From a virus, in IMG/VR virus record IMGVR_UViG_3300035663_000001, positions 64,542 to 128,541 of that record: 64,000 nt of DNA. The stretch is one strand, 5' to 3'. Positions 30,209 to 37,685 of this stretch are shown here, one piece after another (position 1 is the first letter of the stretch; each line of letters starts with the position of its first letter). A program made the position numbers and the translations under genes. The notes under the pieces are model-generated. The model did no database searches and was not told the DNA's origin. It saw only the letters and a list, made by a program, of their open reading frames with translations.

Positions 30209-30922
30209 ATGACTAAACCAAATTTTTCTTCCATCAATATGATTATTGACCAAAGCGGCTCGATGGCTCATCTATCTAAAGATACCATTGGAAGCTTTAA
30301 TAACTTTTTAGCGGAACAAAAACTTGTTCCGGGTGAAGCGGCGTTAACTGTTACCACTTTTAATTATACTCCTCATACCCTTCATGATTTTGTTAACTTA
30401 ACCGAAGTTCCAGATCTTACCCCAGAAACCTACCAACCGTCTGGTGGTACCGCTTTGCTCGATGCCATTGGATTAACCATGGATACTTTAGGCCAAAAGC
30501 TAGCCGCGATGGCCGAACCAGATCGACCCTCTAAAGTATTGTTTGTCATTATTACTGATGGAGAAGAGAACTCTTCTAGAAAATATACTTTGTCTAAAAT
30601 AAAAGACATGATTGAGCATCAACGTCAAGTATATTCTTGGGAGTTTATTTTCTTAGGAGCTAATATTGATGCCGTCTCAGTGGGATCTTCTTTAGGAGTG
30701 GCGGCGAATAATTCTTTTAATTATAGTTCCGATTCGATCGGAATTCGTAACGTCTATAAAGGTATTAGTGCCACTACTCAAAGTTTCCGATCAGGTTCAG
30801 GGTCTAGTACGTTTACAAGTAACTTTACCGCTACTACTACCTCTAGTAAGACAAATTCTCAGCAAAAAAATACTGTTCTTGCTAGAGATAGTCGGGGCAG
30901 ATTTGTTAAAGTAACAAACTAA
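30209..30922 (+). CDS. vWA-domain protein
   Basis: DQSGSM MIDAS, GGTALLDAIG, ITDGEENSS, FLGAN. Confidence 0.85.
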   Translation: MTKPNFSSINMIIDQSGSMAHLSKDTIGSFNNFLAEQKLVPGEAALTVTTFNYTPHTLHDFVNLTEVPDLTPETYQPSGGTALLDAIGLTMDTLGQKLAAMAEPDRPSKVLFVIITDGEENSSRKYTLSKIKDMIEHQRQVYSWEFIFLGANIDAVSVGSSLGVAANNSFNYSSDSIGIRNVYKGISATTQSFRSGSGSSTFTSNFTATTTSSKTNSQQKNTVLARDSRGRFVKVTN

Positions 30923-30947
30923 TCTACTAATTATTAAATATTCTGCC

Positions 30948-31646
30948 ATGGAACCATGGCAGAATCCTAAATTAACGTTGGGCGAACGTTGTATAACTTT
31001 CGCCCAACAAGAATTAGCTAATAAAGTAGCAGAAGATAAACCTAATTCTTTTACTTCTCCTCGTATTAGAGAATACTTTTCTATTTGCACCCGATTAGTT
31101 AATGGAAAAGAATTTCCTATTGGAAAAACATTTAGGGTGGGTAATTGGTGTAGTGCCGCAGTCTCTTTTACCTTATCACAATCACTTTTGCCTCACGAAA
31201 CTCCTCCTCATGGCTTTCGTTTAGGGGTAGTAGAAATAATAGCTGATATGCAAAAACTTGATACTTATCGGCCACTTAGCGAAGTTAAAAATGGAAATTA
31301 TCAGATAAAAGTAGGAGACCCTGTTTTTTTTGATCGTAGTCGCCCCAATGAGCCACATACCGCTTGGTTTCGTCATATTGGTTTTGTCTTAGATCCTGGC
31401 TCAGGAGATGCTGCTAAATTTACTTGTATTTCTGGAAATAGTTTGGGTAAATGGAGAATTACTCATCATCATTATCATCAACCAGCTTTACTAGGATTTG
31501 GAGAGTATTCGTCAGTTATACCAGCGATCTCCCTTCCTGTTAATACTCCATGGGACCAAGTTAATATTCAAGACTTAGCTCCACTAGAAGATACTGGTCA
31601 AGGTTTAGATGCCAGCGATTTCTGGGATCTTTTCAGTGAACCCTAA
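30948..31646 (+). CDS. CHAP/NlpC-like cysteine hydrolase
   Basis: WCSAAV...GD.VFF...HIGFV...GN. Confidence 0.6.
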   Translation: MEPWQNPKLTLGERCITFAQQELANKVAEDKPNSFTSPRIREYFSICTRLVNGKEFPIGKTFRVGNWCSAAVSFTLSQSLLPHETPPHGFRLGVVEIIADMQKLDTYRPLSEVKNGNYQIKVGDPVFFDRSRPNEPHTAWFRHIGFVLDPGSGDAAKFTCISGNSLGKWRITHHHYHQPALLGFGEYSSVIPAISLPVNTPWDQVNIQDLAPLEDTGQGLDASDFWDLFSEP

Positions 31647-31672
31647 TATCTCGATTCTAGTGTGGCTGGAAT

Positions 31673-31703
31673 CCCAGCGACTAAATTTTTTCACACACCC
31701 CTA
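31673..31703 (+). promoter_or_regulatory. CCCAGCGACTAAA-N14-CCTA motif (copy 4)
   Basis: exact repeat. Confidence 0.65.
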
Positions 31704-31742
31704 AGTATGCAACTTGTCAGTATTAAAAAAAATAAACAGCCC

Positions 31743-31770
31743 TTGACAATCTTCACTTTGAGGTTATATT
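31743..31770 (+). promoter_or_regulatory. sigma70-like promoter of tRNA island
   Basis: TTGACA-N16-TATATT. Confidence 0.7.
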
Positions 31771-31825
31771 ATAGGGCATAATAAGTCATATTAATATTGC
31801 TTATTTTCCCACTCTGGGAAATTAT

Positions 31826-31912
31826 CCCGTCTGACTAGATCCCTGGGAGGATCCGCTGTCTGTAAAACAGTTGCCAATGAGCTAAGTGGTTCGATTCCCC
31901 CAGACGGGACCA
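31826..31912 (+). tRNA. atypical tRNA-Tyr(GTA)
   Basis: CCCGTCTG/CAGACGGG acceptor, loop CT-GTA-AA, TTCGATT T-loop, ACCA end. Confidence 0.7.
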
Positions 31913-31957
31913 TACAACAAATTAAGGTTGTTGTTCCTTTATAATATAATAATTCAT

Positions 31958-32033
31958 CGAGGATGAAGTGTAACCTGGTAGCACCCGTCGTCTGGACCGA
32001 CGTAGAGACGTTCAAATCGTACATCCTCGACCA
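31958..32033 (+). tRNA. tRNA-Pro(TGG), atypical
   Basis: CGAGGATG/CATCCTCG acceptor, CGTCG-TCTGGAC-CGACG, ACCA. Confidence 0.75.
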
Positions 32034-32054
32034 ACATCTGATATATGTTCCAAC

Positions 32055-32957
32055 ATGGAACTATCTGACGATGAATTGATAAATATCATACATGCAGCTA
32101 CTTGCAAATCCGATCTAGCTAGAAAATTAGGATTTACTTACTTTAATGGTAAAGTTTGGAAATCGATTCAGCAAATAATTGATCGACTACAAGTTTCTAC
32201 ACAACATTTTGATGCAACAGCAACTCGTCGTTCTCAAAGAACTCACGATCGGACGACAAAATCTTGTCCGATTTGTTTTAATAGTTTTTCTACTCTTTCT
32301 AAAAATAGAAAGATAACCTGTTCTTATTCTTGTGCTAATCGTTTCTTTAAGAAACGAGTCTCTACTATTTCTAGTAGATTAAAAAAATCTCATACTTTAT
32401 TAAAGTTACATGGTTCCACTAAACGTACAACCATACTTAATGGTGAAGTACAGTATACCTTAAATTGTCAAGTATGTAACAAAGAATTCTTTTCAGGCAA
32501 ATCAATTACTAAAACTTGTTCTCCAGATTGTTTGTGTTATTTAAAAAATAATCCGTCTCCATTGACTAGGCAAAAAATTTCTCAAGCTATTAAGAAAAGA
32601 GTAGCGTTAGGTATTCATCCTGGCTGGGCCACTCGGAATAAATTGATTCCGTCATATCCAGAAAAATATGTAGCCTCCATTTTAGATGAATTGAATGTTA
32701 ATTATATTAGGGAATTAAAGGTGAATAAATGGTTTATTGATTTTACAATTCCTGATTCTAAAATTGCATTAGAGGTAGATGGCAAGCAACATAATCTTCC
32801 AGAAAGAAAAAAGTCTGATTTCAATAAAGATACCTACCTATCTCAAGTAGGATGGCAAGTGCATCGAATTCCCTGGACTGGGATTAGAAATCTAGAAGAT
32901 AGAGAAAAGTTATTGAATCAAATAAAATCCTTAATTCCATTAAATACTGGAAACTAG
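32055..32957 (+). CDS. homing-type endonuclease, DUF559/Vsr-like PD-(D/E)xK with Zn fingers
   Basis: SYPEK, FIDF...ALEVDGKQH; CxxC motifs; sits between tRNAs. Confidence 0.75.
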   Translation: MELSDDELINIIHAATCKSDLARKLGFTYFNGKVWKSIQQIIDRLQVSTQHFDATATRRSQRTHDRTTKSCPICFNSFSTLSKNRKITCSYSCANRFFKKRVSTISSRLKKSHTLLKLHGSTKRTTILNGEVQYTLNCQVCNKEFFSGKSITKTCSPDCLCYLKNNPSPLTRQKISQAIKKRVALGIHPGWATRNKLIPSYPEKYVASILDELNVNYIRELKVNKWFIDFTIPDSKIALEVDGKQHNLPERKKSDFNKDTYLSQVGWQVHRIPWTGIRNLEDREKLLNQIKSLIPLNTGN

Positions 32958-32984
32958 AATGTCTAATTATAATCTAATAAATAT

Positions 32985-33060
32985 GGTCCTATCTTCTAAT
33001 GGTTAAGATGAAAGACTTTCAATCTTTTAATGTCGAGTTCGATTCTCACTAGGATCGCCA
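32985..33060 (+). tRNA. tRNA-Glu(TTC)
   Basis: cloverleaf, AAAGA-CTTTCAA-TCTTT, GCCA end. Confidence 0.85.
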
Positions 33061-33064
33061 ATAA

Positions 33065-33140
33065 GCAACTATAGTGTTTAATGATAGCATTCCTGACTTC
33101 CACTCAGAGGGTGTGGGTTTGAATCCCACTAGTTGCTCCA
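33065..33140 (+). tRNA. tRNA-Gly(TCC)
   Basis: GCAACTA/TAGTTGC, loop CTTCCAC, TCCA end. Confidence 0.85.
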
Positions 33141-33155
33141 AATTTTAAATATTAT

Positions 33156-33232
33156 CGGGAGCAGGGAGGAAGGGTGTTCCTCGGAGTTCTTATAAAGCTC
33201 TAAAACGGGTTCAAGTCCCGATGTCCCGACCA
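33156..33232 (+). tRNA. atypical tRNA with TAT anticodon (nominally Ile)
   Basis: GGAGTT-CTTATAA-AGCTCT arm, 6-bp D stem, CGGG-TTCAAGT-CCCG, ACCA. Confidence 0.65.
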
Positions 33233-33252
33233 TGTCATCTCAAATGACAAAT

Positions 33253-33283
33253 AATGGAAGCTAGAATCCTTAAATATCTAGAC
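33253..33283 (+). repeat. 31-nt dispersed structured motif AATGGAAGCTAGAATCCTTAAATATCTAGAC (copy 1 of 5)
   Basis: also at 34083, 34341, 58652, 61248. Confidence 0.75.
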
Positions 33284-33326
33284 AAAGCGGGTAAATAATA
33301 AAACAAATACTTAAAGAAGTAAATAT

Positions 33327-33412
33327 GGCCTAGTGGCGGAATGGCAGACGCGCCTGACTTAAGATCAGGTACCCTTTCGGGTGTGGGGGTTCAAGTCCCT
33401 CCTGGGCTACTA
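33327..33412 (+). tRNA. tRNA-Leu(TAA)
   Basis: GGCGGAATGGCAGACGC D arm, CT-TAA-GA, long variable arm; ends CTA rather than CCA. Confidence 0.9.
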
Positions 33413-33480
33413 AATGTGATGAATGCATTTATGGATTACATTAGGATAAAAATCTATAAAAATTTTAGTCATCACATTTA
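33411..33480 (+). ncRNA. Y-RNA-like hairpin RNA 1
   Basis: 12-bp closing stem; TGAATGC...GATTACAT...AATTTTAGTCA; three copies near Ro60 gene. Confidence 0.55.
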
Positions 33481-33487
33481 TTTTTAA

Positions 33488-33961
33488 ATGGCTAAATCGA
33501 AAATATCAGATCTCGAGTTTATCGAGTTAGTTAATCGCTCTACCTCTATTGCAGAGGTATTACTAGCACAAAACTTAACTCCGGCTGGAGGAAATTATAA
33601 ATCCTTCTATGCTAGAATCAAACGATTACAAGTATCCCTTGACCATTTTACTGGTCAAGGTCATTTACAAGGGAAGACGCATTCTTGGAATGCTAAGATT
33701 CCACTGTCAGAAATCTTAGTAGAAAATAGTAACTTTAATACCTATCATCTCAAAAATAGATTATTGAAGGAGAAAATACTCAATTATCGTTGTAGTCAGT
33801 GTGGGATTGTTGATTGGCAAGGTAAACCAATTTCTTTACATTTAGATCATATTGATGGTAATAATACCAATCACTCTCTCTCTAATTTAAGAATATTGTG
33901 TCCTAATTGTCATTCGCAAACTCCAACTTATTGTGTTAAAAAACAGATGTTAAATATCTAG
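33488..33961 (+). CDS. HNH endonuclease
   Basis: CSQC...LHLDHIDGNNTN...NLRILCPNCH. Confidence 0.9.
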   Translation: MAKSKISDLEFIELVNRSTSIAEVLLAQNLTPAGGNYKSFYARIKRLQVSLDHFTGQGHLQGKTHSWNAKIPLSEILVENSNFNTYHLKNRLLKEKILNYRCSQCGIVDWQGKPISLHLDHIDGNNTNHSLSNLRILCPNCHSQTPTYCVKKQMLNI

Positions 33962-33974
33962 AACAGTAAAATAT

Positions 33975-34060
33975 GGCCTAGTGGCGGAATGGCAGACGCA
34001 CCTAACTCAAGATTAGGTACCTTTTCGGGTGTGGGGGTTCAAGTCCCTCCTGGGCTACCA
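33975..34060 (+). tRNA. tRNA-Leu(CAA)
   Basis: near-duplicate of Leu(TAA), loop CT-CAA-GA, ACCA. Confidence 0.9.
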
Positions 34061-34082
34061 TCATCCATCTTGGATGATAAAT

Positions 34083-34113
34083 AATGGAAGCTAGAATCCT
34101 TAAATATCTAGAC
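34083..34113 (+). repeat. 31-nt structured motif (copy 2)
   Basis: identical to 33253. Confidence 0.75.
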
Positions 34114-34189
34114 GACTACTAAGTGCGATGAAAGCCTTTATTGCTCCATTAGTGGAGACAGACTACACGATATCTATTGAATAGATTAT

Positions 34190-34265
34190 TCTACTTTAGC
34201 TCAGCGGTAGTAGCAGCGGCCTGTTAAGCCGTGGGTCCCAGGTTCAAATCCTGGAAGTAGAGCAA
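34190..34265 (+). tRNA. tRNA-Asn(GTT)
   Basis: TCTACTT/AAGTAGA, GCGGC-CTGTTAA-GCCGT. Confidence 0.9.
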
Positions 34266-34340
34266 GTATATAGTGAATGCCGTAATTGATTACATTTAAT
34301 TGGATAAAAACATCAATTACAATTTTTGTCATTATATATT
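34265..34340 (+). ncRNA. Y-RNA-like hairpin RNA 2
   Basis: TGAATGCC-GTAATTGAT..GATTACAT..ATCAATTAC-AATTTTTGTCA. Confidence 0.55.
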
Positions 34341-34371
34341 AATGGAAGCTAGAATCCCTAAATATCTAGAC
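34341..34371 (+). repeat. 31-nt structured motif (copy 3)
   Basis: one mismatch to 33253. Confidence 0.75.
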
Positions 34372-34372
34372 A

Positions 34373-34453
34373 GGCAGCTGTCTTGCCAATAGAGATAGAT
34401 TTTTAATCTCTTAAAAGAAGACTAAAGCCGATCGTAACGGCTAGTTGGCGCCA
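34373..34453 (+). ncRNA. tRNA-like RNA (acceptor + T arm + CCA, no canonical anticodon arm)
   Basis: AGCCG-ATCGTAA-CGGCT arm followed by AGTTGGC-GCCA. Confidence 0.4.
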
Positions 34454-34466
34454 TTTTAAAATTAAA

Positions 34467-34531
34467 TATAATGAATGCCGTAATTGATTACATCGGATTA
34501 AATTATATCAATTACAATTTTTGTCATTATA
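34467..34531 (+). ncRNA. Y-RNA-like hairpin RNA 3
   Basis: near-copy of RNA 2 with different apical loop. Confidence 0.55.
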
Positions 34532-34567
34532 GTTATTAACTATATTTGAAAATATAGCTTATCATAA

Positions 34568-34641
34568 GCTAACGTAGCTCAATGGTAGAGCCCTGTTTTG
34601 TAAACAGGCGGTTGGCGGTTCGAGTCCGTTCGTTAGCTCCA
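34568..34641 (+). tRNA. tRNA-Thr(TGT)
   Basis: GCTAACG/CGTTAGC, CCTGT-TTTGTAA-ACAGG, TCCA. Confidence 0.85.
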
Positions 34642-34660
34642 GATATTAAATATTTTTAAT

Positions 34661-34707
34661 CGGCCATTCGTACAAAAGTTAAGTGTCACTGTCTGATAAG
34701 CAGTAGA
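34661..34707 (+). tRNA. tRNA-Ile(GAT), 5' part, interrupted by IS607
   Basis: CGGCCAT acceptor strand, D arm, ACTGT-CTGATAA-GCAGT; 3' part at 36637. Confidence 0.85.
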
Positions 34708-34733
34708 GTTAACATAAATATATAAAAATATAT

Positions 34734-35993
34734 TTAGTTTTTGTTTGTGCCAGGGACTCTAAGCTCCTGACCAGTATTATCAAATAAACCTTCTGATTTC
34801 CAATAGAAACTAGATAGTTTCGATAAATACTGCCGAAAATAAAATCGTATTTCAGGAAGATCTATTTCATGATTAAGTGCCGCATTTAAATCTGCATCTA
34901 TATGCAACTTGCACTCTTTACATTTATATTCCTTACCTTTGCGATTTGCTTTTCGTACTATTCCGCATCCAGAACATCTCTGAGACCGATATGGACTGGA
35001 TTGTAGATTCAGTTGGACCCCAACCTCTTCTAAAACTTTTGTTATTTTATTATGAATTAAAAGATTGCTCCAAGCAGACATTTTTCTGCTAGTTCTTTTT
35101 CCTCGTTTAATATCATACACATGTTCAAGATTGACTTGACCAATATCTTTCCAATTTAATTGGTTAATGGACCAATTAATAAAATTCATTCTATGATCCT
35201 GAGCTTTATTAAAAGCTTTTGATCCTTTTTTCTTTTTGGCAATTTTATTGCAAATAGAATCTAAAGAATGACCATGATTATCTTTCTCTGGAGTTTTATG
35301 CCCATTAGATAAAGTAAGAGCTGTTTTTAATCCAGTATCTCCTCCAACAGTTTTTCCGACCTTTTTAGTGGGAACTGGAACTTCATATCTTAATTGAATA
35401 CAATTTTCTTTGATTAAAACTCCTGCCAATCTTTTTCCAGATGAAGAAATCCATTTCTGGTCTTGTTTGTGATATTTTATAGGAATTTTAACAATATCAA
35501 AACCAGTTCCATACAACTTAATAAACAAGTTAAAGTGATTTGAACTTTCTCGTATTTCTATTTGTTTTTGAGACAGCTCTGCTTGAAAATTTGATCCAAT
35601 AATTGGTTTTGTAAGTTTTAATTTTTCAAGTTTTGATTCCCAATAATTGGAAGACTTATTCTCTTCTTTTCTTTTTTTAATAATATATAATATTTTATTT
35701 CTAATCGATACCCTGCCTTTAACGATTCCAATTGCTTGGGATAAGGCCGCAGAAAGAGCCCTGGCAGATAATTTATCATGACTTATTATTTTATAATCTA
35801 AAAATTTTGGAAGAAATAATAAATCGTCATTAATGCTCCAAATGATTCTTCCATTATGATCTAATAATTTGTTTGACCAAATGTAATCAATATAAGACTG
35901 AACTGCAAATCGATATTCTTTCAAGAAAGAAGAAATTATTTCTTTTTTTCCAGAATTACAATCTTGCAGATAGTGTTTCGTAGATCTAATCAC
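34734..35993 (-). CDS. tnpB: TnpB RNA-guided nuclease
   Basis: RuvC GGDTG, NLE, DADLNAA; CSGC/CKEC Zn finger. Confidence 0.9.
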   Translation of the reverse strand: MIRSTKHYLQDCNSGKKEIISSFLKEYRFAVQSYIDYIWSNKLLDHNGRIIWSINDDLLFLPKFLDYKIISHDKLSARALSAALSQAIGIVKGRVSIRNKILYIIKKRKEENKSSNYWESKLEKLKLTKPIIGSNFQAELSQKQIEIRESSNHFNLFIKLYGTGFDIVKIPIKYHKQDQKWISSSGKRLAGVLIKENCIQLRYEVPVPTKKVGKTVGGDTGLKTALTLSNGHKTPEKDNHGHSLDSICNKIAKKKKGSKAFNKAQDHRMNFINWSINQLNWKDIGQVNLEHVYDIKRGKRTSRKMSAWSNLLIHNKITKVLEEVGVQLNLQSSPYRSQRCSGCGIVRKANRKGKEYKCKECKLHIDADLNAALNHEIDLPEIRFYFRQYLSKLSSFYWKSEGLFDNTGQELRVPGTNKN

Positions 35994-36567
35994 TAGATTC
36001 CTCTAATGTTTTTTTAATTGCTTTTACTTTTTTAGCGCCTCTTCGTAATCCATATAGTCGACAACAAAAGGAAGTAATTATTGCAATTAAATCTTTAATT
36101 AGATCGTTTTCATCTTCTTTATCTCTGTTGATAACAACTAGATGATATCCCAGAATATTTAACAGTCTATCTAGGTAATTAAATCCAAATCTTGTTAATC
36201 TATCTTTATGTTCTACTACAATTCTTTTAGGCTCGGAATTTAATAAAAGATTTAATTGCTTTCTATTATCATTCATTCCAGAAGCAATTTCTTTATAAAC
36301 TTTCTCTACTTCCCAGCCGTTGGCAGTACAAAATTGTAAACATCTTTCTATTTGTCTATTTAAATCATCTTTCTTATTGGAAGAAGATACTCTGCAATAA
36401 ACATAGGTTTTTAATGATTGATTATTTTTAACTACTGAATCTTCTTCTACTAAAATAGTTCCAGATGACAGCTGGATAACTTTTCCTGGCAACTGACCTT
36501 TTTTAAAAAGGTTAAATGCTGTCTGATAAGTTAATCCATTCTTTTTTGCCCATTGAGATAGTTTCAT
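35986..36567 (-). CDS. tnpA: IS607 serine recombinase TnpA
   Basis: MKLSQWAK HTH, YCRVSS, EIASG, EHKDRLTRFGF, FCCRLYGLR. Confidence 0.95.
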   Translation of the reverse strand: MKLSQWAKKNGLTYQTAFNLFKKGQLPGKVIQLSSGTILVEEDSVVKNNQSLKTYVYCRVSSSNKKDDLNRQIERCLQFCTANGWEVEKVYKEIASGMNDNRKQLNLLLNSEPKRIVVEHKDRLTRFGFNYLDRLLNILGYHLVVINRDKEDENDLIKDLIAIITSFCCRLYGLRRGAKKVKAIKKTLEESSD

Positions 36568-36636
36568 TCATTTATATGAAATTATATTAGTATAAATTTA
36601 CATAAAATTATACATTTTAAATAAAATGTCTATAGA

Positions 36637-36665
36637 CGATGGAGCGTTACCATCATGGCCGACCA
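36637..36665 (+). tRNA. tRNA-Ile(GAT), 3' part
   Basis: GATGG-AGCGTTA-CCATC T arm, ATGGCCG-ACCA pairing with 34661. Confidence 0.85.
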
Positions 36666-36689
36666 CACTTTTCAGAAAGCAAGATTATG

Positions 36690-36904
36690 GCACATAAGAT
36701 ATTTATGGCGCTCTTCATCGAGAAGATGGTCCAGCATTAGAAGGAGCCAATGGATATAAGGCTTGGTATCGTAATGATCAACGGCATCGAATAGATGGGC
36801 CGGCCATAGAACATGCTGATGGTAGAAAAAGTTTTTACCTAGCAGGCGATCACTATTCTGAAGAAGAGTATTGGCGAATAGTTAAGCTAAAAGCTTTATG
36901 GTAA
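36690..36904 (+). pseudogene. 5'-damaged HREDGPA-repeat gene
   Basis: two repeats and KLKALW tail, but no in-frame start (TAA upstream). Confidence 0.7.
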
Positions 36905-36907
36905 AGT

Positions 36908-37291
36908 ATGCAAGAAATTATAGATATAATTGGTACTAAATTTTATTATTGTAATGGAGATCTTCATCGGGAAGATGGTCCGGCTATAGAATATATAAAT
37001 GGCGATAAAGCTTGGTGGATTCGCGGTCAACGCCACCGAGAAGATGGTCCCGCAGTAGAATATGTTAATGGAGATAAATGTTGGTATTTTTATGGCCAGT
37101 ACCATCGAGAAGGTGGGCCAGCCGTAGAGGTTTATAATGGAGATAAATCTTGGTGGATTTATGGTCAACTCCATCGAGAAGATGGTCCAGCAGTAGAATA
37201 TGCTGATGGAGAGAAACGATGGTTTCTTCAAGATAAAGAATACTCTGAAGAAGAATATTGGCGAGTAGTCAAGTTAAAAACTTTATGGTAA
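36908..37291 (+). CDS. HREDGPA-repeat protein
   Basis: repeats and tail. Confidence 0.85.
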   Translation: MQEIIDIIGTKFYYCNGDLHREDGPAIEYINGDKAWWIRGQRHREDGPAVEYVNGDKCWYFYGQYHREGGPAVEVYNGDKSWWIYGQLHREDGPAVEYADGEKRWFLQDKEYSEEEYWRVVKLKTLW

Positions 37292-37294
37292 AGT

Positions 37295-37681
37295 ATGCAA
37301 GAAATTATAATAGATGAACGTGGAACTAAAAAATACTATTGGAATGGCAAATTCCATCGAGAAGATGGTCCAGCTATTGAATGGTATGATGGAGATAAGC
37401 ATTGGTTTTTTAATGGTCAAAGACATCGGGAAAATGGTCCGGCTGTAGAGAAGGTTAATGGAGACAAAGAATGGTTTATTTATGATCACCTTCATCGAGA
37501 AGGTGGTCCGGCCATAGATTATGCTAATGGATTTAAGCAGTGGTATTATTATGGAAATTTACATCGAGAAGATGGCCCAGCTATAGAAAATACTCATGGC
37601 CATAAATATTGGCACCTTCAAGGTAAAAGCTATTCAGAAGAAGAATATTGGCGAGTAGTTAAACTAAAAGCTTTATGGTAG
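37295..37681 (+). CDS. HREDGPA-repeat protein
   Basis: repeats and tail. Confidence 0.85.
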   Translation: MQEIIIDERGTKKYYWNGKFHREDGPAIEWYDGDKHWFFNGQRHRENGPAVEKVNGDKEWFIYDHLHREGGPAIDYANGFKQWYYYGNLHREDGPAIENTHGHKYWHLQGKSYSEEEYWRVVKLKALW

Positions 37682-37685
37682 CAAT

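Larger units (their letters stand above)
34708..36636 (-). mobile_element. IS607-family element (tnpA serine recombinase + tnpB)
   Basis: overlapping tnpA-tnpB; removal rejoins tRNA-Ile; TAGA at both junctions; AT-rich short repeats at ends. Confidence 0.9.

Noticed and set aside
31791-32024. 77-aa minus-strand ORF
   Set aside because: Antisense to two tRNA genes.
33233-33283. HDV-like theta ribozyme after tRNA 3' ends
   Set aside because: The nested double pseudoknot and catalytic C could not be built by eye; kept only as an unknown motif.
34708-36636. IStron (group I intron-IS607) splicing out of the tRNA
   Set aside because: The element is antisense to the tRNA and has only about 26 and 69 nt of non-coding ends, too little for a ribozyme.
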